Shown here: positions 57,260-64,000 of the stretch, piece by piece
Position numbering within the stretch: position 1 is the stretch's first letter
Layout of the letters: each line of letters opens with the position of its first letter
Assembly: GCA_028866275.1 (NCBI GenBank)
Contig: JAGWIK010000008.1
Span: forward strand, 10,707 to 74,706
DNA length: 64,000 bases
Direction: 5' to 3'
Origin: Alphaproteobacteria bacterium
GTDB taxonomy: Bacteria > Pseudomonadota > Alphaproteobacteria > UBA9219
Notes under the pieces: model-generated
What the model saw: only the letters and a program-made list of their open reading frames with translations
The model's database searches: none
Told to the model about the DNA's origin: nothing
Program-made: the position numbers and the translations under genes

Positions 57260-58951
57260 CTAATGCGCAAACAGCGACAAATGTTCCGCCACCGGCCCCA
57301 GCGCCAGCGCGGGGAAATAGGTCAACCCGCCGAACATGACAATAACCCCGGTCAGCAACACCGTGAACATCAACCCATGGGTCGGGAATGTGCCGGTTGA
57401 CGGCGGCGTCGCCTTTTTGCCCGCCAACGAACCGGCGATCGCCAGAACGGGCACAATGACGCCGAACCGCCCGACCAGCATGACAAGGGCCAGCACGACA
57501 TTCTGGTAAACCGTATCGGCATTGAAACCGGCAAAAGCCGTGCCGTTATTCGCGGCGGCAGAGGCATAGGCATAGACCGTCTGCGTCAGCCCATGCGGCC
57601 CCGGTGCGGTAATCGACGCCGCGCCCGCGGGCAGCAGCAAACTGATGACGCTGCCCCCCAGAACGCAAACGGGGTAAATCATCATCGCGATAATCGCGAG
57701 TTTCATCTCATAAGATTCTATTTTCTTTCCCAGATATTCCGGTGTGCGCCCGACCATAAGGCCGGCGATAAAAACGGTGATCAGCACGTAAATCAAAATG
57801 CCGTACAAACCGCATCCCACGCCGCCAAAAATGACTTCGCCGATCAGCATATTGAATAAAGGCGCAATGCCGGTCAGCGGCATCGCGCTGTCCAACATGG
57901 AATTAACCGCGCCATTCGATGTCGCCGTGGTCGCGACCGTCCATAAAACCGAATTGAAAACGCCAAACCGCGTTTCCTTGCCTTCCATATTGGCGTGGCC
58001 GCCCAAAGCCGCGAGGGCAGGGTGGATTTCCATTTCCGCCGCGACGCCAAAGGCCAGAACGACCAGAAACAGCACCGTCATGCTCGTGATCAAGGGCCAG
58101 CTTTGCCGCCGGTCGCCCGCCATGCGCCCGAATGCCAGAACCAGCGCGACCGGCAACAGCAAAATAGCCACCATTTCGGCAAATCCGGTCAAAGGCGTGG
58201 GGTTTTCATACGGATGCGCGCCATTGGCGTTAAAAAATCCGCCGCCGTTCGACCCCAGCATCTTGATCGCTTCCTGACTGGCGACAGGGCCTTGGGCGAT
58301 CGTCTGTTTGACGCCTTCCAGCCCGACAGCCTGCACATAGGCGTGCATGTTCTGCGGCACGCCCTGCCAGATAAGGAACAGGGCAAAAATAAACGCCAGC
58401 GGCAGCAAAATATAAAGCGTCACACGCACGACATCGGCATAAAAATTCCCCAATGCGGGGTTTTCCTTGCGCGCGAACCCGCGGATGACGGCAAATGCAA
58501 CCGCCAATCCCGTAGCCGCGGACAGATAATTCTGCACCGTAAGGCCCGCCATCTGGCTGAAATAACTCAGGGTCGTCTCGCCGCCGTAGGATTGCCAATC
58601 GGTATTGGTCATGAACGCGACGGCAATGTTAAAGGCCTGCGCCGGATTGACGCCCGCCAGGTGCTGCGGATTCCACGGCAACCACCCCTGCGCCAGCAGA
58701 ATAATGAACAACAACGCGCCGCCCGTGACGTTGAATATCAGGGCCGAAAAAGCATAGGCCGTCCAATTTTGTTGCCGTTCCATTTGCGGCCCGGCGATAA
58801 CAATGACGGCGTTTTCAATGCGGCTGAACAGAAAATCGGCAAAAACGGGGGCTTTGGCAAAAACGCGCGCCAGATAGCCGGCGCAGGGCACGGCCATCGC
58901 CACGGTCACGGCAACGAAAGCCAGAAATTGCAGGATGTCGAAAGATGTCAT
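57260..58951 (-). CDS. kdpA: potassium-transporting ATPase subunit A
   Basis: Start chosen at MTSFDILQFLAF. The ORF-track extension upstream would overlap kdpF. It has ten or more TMs and KdpA selectivity-filter-like Gly motifs. Confidence 0.93.
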   Translation of the reverse strand: MTSFDILQFLAFVAVTVAMAVPCAGYLARVFAKAPVFADFLFSRIENAVIVIAGPQMERQQNWTAYAFSALIFNVTGGALLFIILLAQGWLPWNPQHLAGVNPAQAFNIAVAFMTNTDWQSYGGETTLSYFSQMAGLTVQNYLSAATGLAVAFAVIRGFARKENPALGNFYADVVRVTLYILLPLAFIFALFLIWQGVPQNMHAYVQAVGLEGVKQTIAQGPVASQEAIKMLGSNGGGFFNANGAHPYENPTPLTGFAEMVAILLLPVALVLAFGRMAGDRRQSWPLITSMTVLFLVVLAFGVAAEMEIHPALAALGGHANMEGKETRFGVFNSVLWTVATTATSNGAVNSMLDSAMPLTGIAPLFNMLIGEVIFGGVGCGLYGILIYVLITVFIAGLMVGRTPEYLGKKIESYEMKLAIIAMMIYPVCVLGGSVISLLLPAGAASITAPGPHGLTQTVYAYASAAANNGTAFAGFNADTVYQNVVLALVMLVGRFGVIVPVLAIAGSLAGKKATPPSTGTFPTHGLMFTVLLTGVIVMFGGLTYFPALALGPVAEHLSLFAH

Positions 58952-58953
58952 TG

Positions 58954-59043
58954 TCAGAATTTTTCCGGGTTGAACAGGGCATAGGTCAGATAGGCGGCCA
59001 ATGCCAGCGCGCAACCGCCGGCCAGATACAGCTCGAAGGACAT
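58954..59043 (-). CDS. kdpF: K+-transporting ATPase subunit F (29-aa micro-protein)
   Basis: My minus-strand translation is MSFELYLAGGCALALAAYLTYALFNPEKF*. It is a single-TM peptide whose stop lies 2 nt upstream of the kdpA ATG. It is absent from the ORF track (<60 aa). Confidence 0.65.
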   Translation of the reverse strand: MSFELYLAGGCALALAAYLTYALFNPEKF

Positions 59044-59146
59044 GGCAAAACCCTTGGATTAAGGAAATCGTAGGTTATTTGGTTGCCGAATCGTCAAAAA
59101 AGCAATCGGAATCCCCCGCAAAAACCGCTACATAATCTTATGCTCT

Positions 59147-60877
59147 ATGCCGAGGACAGCTATGACAACATCGCCACGTGTTCCAGACTCGCTTCATGCC
59201 GCGCCGAAATCGGATATCGAAATCTCGCAAGCCGCAGCATTAAAGCCCGTTATCAGTATCGCGCGCGAACGTCTTGGCATTCCTGACGAATATGTTCTGC
59301 CTTACGGGCATCACAAGGCGAAAATTTCGCTCGACTACATCGCGTCGCTGAAAAACCGCCCCGACGGTAAAATGATTCTGGTCACCGCCATCAGCCCGAC
59401 CCCGGCGGGTGAAGGCAAAACAACCACGACCATCGGGCTTAACGATGCACTGAACCACATCGGCAAGAAATCGCTGATCTGCATCCGCGAACCCAGCCTC
59501 GGCCCCTGTTTCGGGCAAAAAGGCGGCGCGACCGGCGGCGGTTACGCCCAAGTCGCCCCGATGGAAGACATCAACCTGCATTTTACCGGCGATTTTCACG
59601 CTATCGGCGCGGCCAATAACCTGCTGGCCGCGCTGATCGACAATCATATTTACTGGGGCAACGAACTCGGCATCGATGTGCGGCGCATCGCGTGGCGCCG
59701 GTCGGTCGATATGAATGACCGCGCGTTGCGCCATATCGTGCAATCGCTGGGCGGCGCGGGCAACGGCTATCCGCGCGAAGACGGATTCGACATCACGGTG
59801 GCCAGCGAAGTCATGGCGATTTTCTGCCTTGCCGAAAATTTCGCCGATTTGCAGCGCAGGCTGGGCAATATCATTGTCGGCCAGACCCGCGCGCGCCGCA
59901 ATGTCCGCGCCTCGGAATTACAGGCGGCGGGCGCGATGTCGGCGTTGTTGAAAGACGCGCTGATGCCGAACCTTGTGCAAACGCTGGAAAACAATCCGGC
60001 GCTGGTTCATGGCGGCCCGTTCGCGAATATCGCCCACGGATGCAATTCCGTGATCGCGACCAAGGCGGCATTGAAAATGGCCGATTATGTCGTGCTGGAG
60101 GCCGGTTTTGGCGCCGATCTGGGCGCGGAAAAATTCTTCGACATCAAATGCCGCAAAGCGGGGCTGCGGCCCGATTGCGCCGTCATCGTCGCCACGGTGC
60201 GCGCGCTTAAAATGCATGGCGGCGTGGCCAAGGAAGATTTGAAAGCCGAAAATATCGACGCGCTGCGGCGCGGCTTTTCCAATCTCGACCGCCATATATC
60301 CAATGTCAAAAAATTCGGCGTGCCGGTCGTCGTCTGCGTCAACCGCTTCAGCTCGGACACGGAAAATGAAATGGACGCATTGCGCGCCCTTGTCGCCGAA
60401 CGCGGCGTTGCGTGCGTGCTGTCCGACCATTGGGCGTCGGGCGGAGCAGGGGCGGCAGACCTTGCGCGCGAAGTCGTGCGCACGATCGACACCACACCCG
60501 CGCAATTCAAATTGCTGTACCCCGACGCCATGCCGTTGGCCGATAAAATCCGCACCGTGGCGCGGGAAATTTATGGCGCCGCGGACATCGCCGTGGACGC
60601 CGCGGCGGCCAAAAAACTGGCGGAATTCGAAAAAGACGGTTTCGGCCATTTACCGGTCTGTATTGCCAAAACCCAATACAGCTTTTCAACCGACCCGTCG
60701 CTGCGCGGCGCGCCGTCGGGCCACACCATCCCCGTGCGCGAAGTGCGCCTGTCGGCGGGGGCGGAATTCATCGTTGCGGTGTGCGGCGATATTCTGACGA
60801 TGCCCGGCCTGCCGCGCGTTCCTGCGGCCAACGCGATTTCTGTGACAGCGGACGGGCGCATTACCGGGCTTTTTTAA
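59147..60877 (+). CDS. fhs: formate--tetrahydrofolate ligase
   Basis: P-loop [15 protein letters not shown] and a full-length FTHFS fold. The start may be the internal MTTSPRV (59162). Confidence 0.93.
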   Translation: MPRTAMTTSPRVPDSLHAAPKSDIEISQAAALKPVISIARERLGIPDEYVLPYGHHKAKISLDYIASLKNRPDGKMILVTAISPTPAGEGKTTTTIGLNDALNHIGKKSLICIREPSLGPCFGQKGGATGGGYAQVAPMEDINLHFTGDFHAIGAANNLLAALIDNHIYWGNELGIDVRRIAWRRSVDMNDRALRHIVQSLGGAGNGYPREDGFDITVASEVMAIFCLAENFADLQRRLGNIIVGQTRARRNVRASELQAAGAMSALLKDALMPNLVQTLENNPALVHGGPFANIAHGCNSVIATKAALKMADYVVLEAGFGADLGAEKFFDIKCRKAGLRPDCAVIVATVRALKMHGGVAKEDLKAENIDALRRGFSNLDRHISNVKKFGVPVVVCVNRFSSDTENEMDALRALVAERGVACVLSDHWASGGAGAADLAREVVRTIDTTPAQFKLLYPDAMPLADKIRTVAREIYGAADIAVDAAAAKKLAEFEKDGFGHLPVCIAKTQYSFSTDPSLRGAPSGHTIPVREVRLSAGAEFIVAVCGDILTMPGLPRVPAANAISVTADGRITGLF

Positions 60878-62784
60878 GCCCGTTTTTGCACGCTATCCTG
60901 CGGCCGTTCGAATTCAGGCACCAGCCGTTGCAAGGCGGCAATCGTCGCGCCTTCCTCCAGCCCGTCGCGCAGCCGCGCGCCATAGGCATCGATATCACGG
61001 CGCAAATCGGCCAGATCGACGGTGGTGGCTTTGGCCAATTGCACGCCGTCGGCGGCAGAAGGGATAAGCTCTTCTGCCTCGGCGAAGAGTTCTTCATGCA
61101 GCTTTTCCCCGGGGCGCAAACCGGTATAAGTGATCTTGATATCTTCGTCGGGGCGCAAGCCCGCCAGCCGTATAATCTGCCGCGCCAGATCGGCGATCTT
61201 GACCGGCGCGCCCATATCCAGAACCAGAACCTTGCCGCGTTCGTCACCCGGGCGCGCGCCCAAAGCCGACGCCTGCAACACCAGTTCAACCGCTTCGCGC
61301 ACCGTCATGAAATAGCGGGTGATATCGGGATGGGTAACGGTGATCGGCCCGCCTTTGGCCAATTGTTCCTGAAAACGCGGCACGACGGAACCGGTCGACC
61401 CCAGAACATTGCCGAACCGCACGGTGATAAAGCGCGTGTGATCGGATGCCAGATCCAGCGCCTGACAATACATTTCGGCCAACCGCTTGGTCGCGCCCAT
61501 CACGCTGGACGGGTGCACGGCCTTGTCGGTTGAAATCAGAACCATCGCCGTGATGCGCGCGGCGGCACAGCAATCGGCGACAATGCGCGTGCCGATAACA
61601 TTGGTCAAAACGGTATCGCGGGCGTTTTCTTCGGCAATCGGCACATGTTTGATGGCGGCGGCGTGGAAGACCAGATCGGGCCTCTCGGCGGCAAAAATCT
61701 GCGCCACGCGCGCGCCGTCGCGCACATCGCCGATCAGCGATTTCAGGCTTTGATACGGATGCGCCTCGCGCATTTCCATGTCGATCTTGTACAGATTATA
61801 TTCGCTGAATTCGACCAAGGTCAGATGCGACGGCTCCAGCGCCGCAATCTGCCGCGCCAGTTCCGAGCCTATCGTGCCGCCCGCGCCGGTGACCAGCACG
61901 CGCCGCCCGCGGACAAGGGTGCGGATTTCGCTGCGGTTCAGCTTGGTTTCCGGACGGCCCAGCAAATCTTCCAATGCCAACGGCTGGTCGTGAACCGTGG
62001 CCGTCACGTCGCTGCGCAGCTCCGTCAAAGACGGCAGGCGCGACAGGCTCAACCCCAGTTCGCCGGCTTGCTCCAGCATTTGCATCACTTGCGCGTTATT
62101 AAAACGCGTCACGGCGCGGGTCAGTATCAACCGGCTCGGCGTCTTCATGCGTTCGCGCAGCCGCGCCACCAGCGCAGGCAATTCGTCAACCGTGCCGATA
62201 ACATCGACCCCGTGGATGGATCGGCCCACGCGTTTGGCGTTTTCGCCGACAATACCGACAACATGATAGGGGGCTTGCGGATTGGCATTTAACGCGCGCA
62301 TGAAAATATCCGCCTCGTCGCCCGCGCCGACCAGCAGGACATTGACGCGCCCCGCGCCTGATTTCTCCCACAACGCGCTTAACCGCCGTTCGCGCATCAA
62401 ACGGAACGCCATGCGCGACCCGCACAGCCCCGCCAGCATGACAAACCACGCGATAAACGGAACCGTGCGCGGCACGCCCGCCAAACGCATGGTGACAAAG
62501 GCGATGACAAGGAATAATGCCACGGCAAGGCTGGCGGCGCGCAGAATTTCGGTCAGGTCGCGCAGCGAGGCAAAGGCCCATATGCTGCGATACAGCCCAT
62601 AGGCCCAAAACACGAACCCGCACGTCACCGTGAACAGAACCGACGCGATGGCCGAGTCGTGCAGCGACAAGGTCGAAAAATCGCCGCTGACGCGCAGATA
62701 AAGCGCCAGCCAGAAAGCTATGGCGGCGACCGCGACATCGTGCAAAAAGGCTAAAAACCGGCGATTGGCATAAATAAAATTCAT
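60874..62784 (-). CDS. membrane-bound polysaccharide biosynthesis protein CapD/WbpM/PglF-type (nucleotide-sugar 4,6-dehydratase)
   Basis: Four N-terminal TMs and two Rossmann-like regions ([12 protein letters not shown]; [14 protein letters not shown], with the YxxxK-type SDR fold). Confidence 0.85.
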   Translation of the reverse strand: MNFIYANRRFLAFLHDVAVAAIAFWLALYLRVSGDFSTLSLHDSAIASVLFTVTCGFVFWAYGLYRSIWAFASLRDLTEILRAASLAVALFLVIAFVTMRLAGVPRTVPFIAWFVMLAGLCGSRMAFRLMRERRLSALWEKSGAGRVNVLLVGAGDEADIFMRALNANPQAPYHVVGIVGENAKRVGRSIHGVDVIGTVDELPALVARLRERMKTPSRLILTRAVTRFNNAQVMQMLEQAGELGLSLSRLPSLTELRSDVTATVHDQPLALEDLLGRPETKLNRSEIRTLVRGRRVLVTGAGGTIGSELARQIAALEPSHLTLVEFSEYNLYKIDMEMREAHPYQSLKSLIGDVRDGARVAQIFAAERPDLVFHAAAIKHVPIAEENARDTVLTNVIGTRIVADCCAAARITAMVLISTDKAVHPSSVMGATKRLAEMYCQALDLASDHTRFITVRFGNVLGSTGSVVPRFQEQLAKGGPITVTHPDITRYFMTVREAVELVLQASALGARPGDERGKVLVLDMGAPVKIADLARQIIRLAGLRPDEDIKITYTGLRPGEKLHEELFAEAEELIPSAADGVQLAKATTVDLADLRRDIDAYGARLRDGLEEGATIAALQRLVPEFERPQDSVQKRA

Positions 62785-63809
62785 GGGATTCCACGCGTTA
62801 AAGACGCAACTTTATGCATTTTTTTCAGCAAAACCGCAACAATGACAACACCCGCGACGCCGCCCGCCCATGGGGCGGAAACGGCGGCTATGGCAGCGAC
62901 GACAAGCCCAATATTGGCCACCGCGATCATCAGGGCCACGATATCATGCCGCCCGACCCCGCGCGTGGCTTGCTGGTAGAAATGCTGGCGATGCGCTTGC
63001 CATATTTTTTCGCCGCGGACCGCGCGTTTGACGATGGTGATGCCGCTGTCGGCCAGATAATAAAGCGGCAAAATCAGGGCAGGGATCAAATGCCCGTGCA
63101 CCGCCAGCGTGATCAGGCAAAAAGCGACGATATAGCCTAACGGCACGCTGCCGATATCGCCCAGAAAGATTTTTGCCGGATGCCAGTTGTGGGCCAGAAA
63201 ACCCAGACACGCGCCGGTCAGAAGCAGCGTCGCGCACGACACCACCGGATCGACGATACCCGCCGCCGTCATAACGAGACAGGTGCCGGTCGCAACAGAC
63301 ACGGTTTCGACGCCGGTAATGCCGTCGATGCCGTCCATAAAATTGTACAAATTGATAAACCACGCCCAGCCGATAATCATGACCGTGCGGTCAAGCCAGA
63401 ACGGCACGGCGCCGCCCAGCAGCAATTGGTCGGGCATAAAGGCCAAACTGCCCAGACAGGCGGCGATCAGATGCAAACTCAATCGCTGCGCCGCGCCCAT
63501 GCCCTTACGGTCGTCCAGCCATGAAATGCCCGCCAGCAACATAATGCCGATGATCAAGGGCACTTGGCGTATATCGTGGTCGAAAACGAATGACGCTCCG
63601 GCAAGGCCGGGCAGCATGACAGCCACAATCGCCCATCCGCCGCCGCGCGGCACCGGCGCGCTGTGCGAACTGCGTTCGTTGGGAATGTCCAGCATGGCGC
63701 GGCGCAACAATATTTGGCGCACCAGGGCGGTCAGAATCATCGACGCCGCAAAACTCGCGGCGATAACGGCCGCGGAAAAAGACAGGCTGTCGGGGTTCAC
63801 GTTAAACAT
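62781..63809 (-). CDS. undecaprenyl-phosphate N-acetylhexosamine-1-phosphate transferase (MraY/WecA/WbpL family)
   Basis: Multi-TM protein with the conserved DD and NxxNxxDGIDG-type motif (NLYNFMDGIDGI). ATG at 63809. The ORF-track start is a GTG two codons upstream. Confidence 0.85.
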   Translation of the reverse strand: MFNVNPDSLSFSAAVIAASFAASMILTALVRQILLRRAMLDIPNERSSHSAPVPRGGGWAIVAVMLPGLAGASFVFDHDIRQVPLIIGIMLLAGISWLDDRKGMGAAQRLSLHLIAACLGSLAFMPDQLLLGGAVPFWLDRTVMIIGWAWFINLYNFMDGIDGITGVETVSVATGTCLVMTAAGIVDPVVSCATLLLTGACLGFLAHNWHPAKIFLGDIGSVPLGYIVAFCLITLAVHGHLIPALILPLYYLADSGITIVKRAVRGEKIWQAHRQHFYQQATRGVGRHDIVALMIAVANIGLVVAAIAAVSAPWAGGVAGVVIVAVLLKKMHKVASLTRGIP

Positions 63810-64000
63810 CCGCACGGTTTTCCATATAGGTTTTAATGGCGGTGATCAGATCTTCGCGCCACGGGCGTTGGGCAATGCCGTAAACGCGCTGGATTTTCCC
63901 ACAATCGAGAACGGAATAGGCGGGGCGGGGCACGCGGCCCGCGATGTCGGCGGCGCGCAGGGGGACTAGCTTCGTCCGCCGTCCGGTATAGGGCGCATAG
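63802..64000 (-). CDS. rfbD: dTDP-4-dehydrorhamnose reductase, C-terminal fragment (3' end only; gene continues beyond window)
   Basis: My translation is ...RTKLVPLRAADIAGRVPRPAYSVLDCGKIQRVYGIAQRPWREDLITAIKTYMENRADV*. RPAYSVLD is a typical RmlD C-terminal block. Confidence 0.55.
   Translation of the reverse strand, partial: YAPYTGRRTKLVPLRAADIAGRVPRPAYSVLDCGKIQRVYGIAQRPWREDLITAIKTYMENRADV

Noticed and set aside
59044-59146. Possible ZTP (pfl) riboswitch upstream of fhs
   Set aside because: fhs is a classic ZTP-riboswitch target. The 103-bp leader lacks the conserved GGGUCGUGAC / CCGGGNNNNCCGCCUGGGCA-type pseudoknot elements.
63187-63969. 260-aa plus-strand ORF at the window end
   Set aside because: Antisense to the WecA/MraY-like transferase and to the rfbD tail. 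No motifs.

Overview
This 64-kb window is high-GC (~60%) chromosomal DNA, most likely from an alphaproteobacterium. Evidence: a fused ispDF gene, ATP synthase F0 subunits b and b' with an a-c-b'-b gene order, and an alpha-type RpoB/RpoC. A Rhodospirillales/Acetobacteraceae-like lineage is a guess. Most of the window is dense core housekeeping genes. These include rpoB-rpoC (unusually flanked by a uvrD-like helicase and alaS rather than ribosomal-protein operons), def-fmt-truA, upp, pyrD, ispDF, ndk, atpBEF'F, kdpFABCD and fhs. Three accessory regions stand out. (1) A ~5-kb low-GC genomic island sits at the 3' end of an initiator tRNA-Met gene. It has an imperfect direct repeat of the tRNA 3' end at its far boundary, a decayed integrase stub and an orphan half-size Type I hsdS. 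Its main cargo is a two-gene operon encoding an AAA+ ATPase and a large subtilisin-like (S8) peptidase. This is the architecture of the IetAS (Gao_Iet) anti-phage system and is the strongest candidate for a poorly characterised or novel defence module. (2) A compact 8-gene, minus-strand type IV pilus / type II secretion-like cluster encodes a secretin lipoprotein, two prepilins, an ATPase with tandem MshEN c-di-GMP-binding motifs, and a platform protein. It also encodes GspL- and GspM-like proteins and a small secreted protein. (3) A persulfide/sulfide-response cluster (SqrR/BigR-like ArsR regulator, rhodanese, sulfide:quinone oxidoreductase (SQR), AhpD-like and DUF2892 proteins) with a palindromic candidate operator. 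It is physically coupled to an RND tripartite efflux pump. No CRISPR arrays, rRNA genes or intact transposases were seen. All calls rest on reading the sequence and the supplied six-frame ORF track, and no searches were run.
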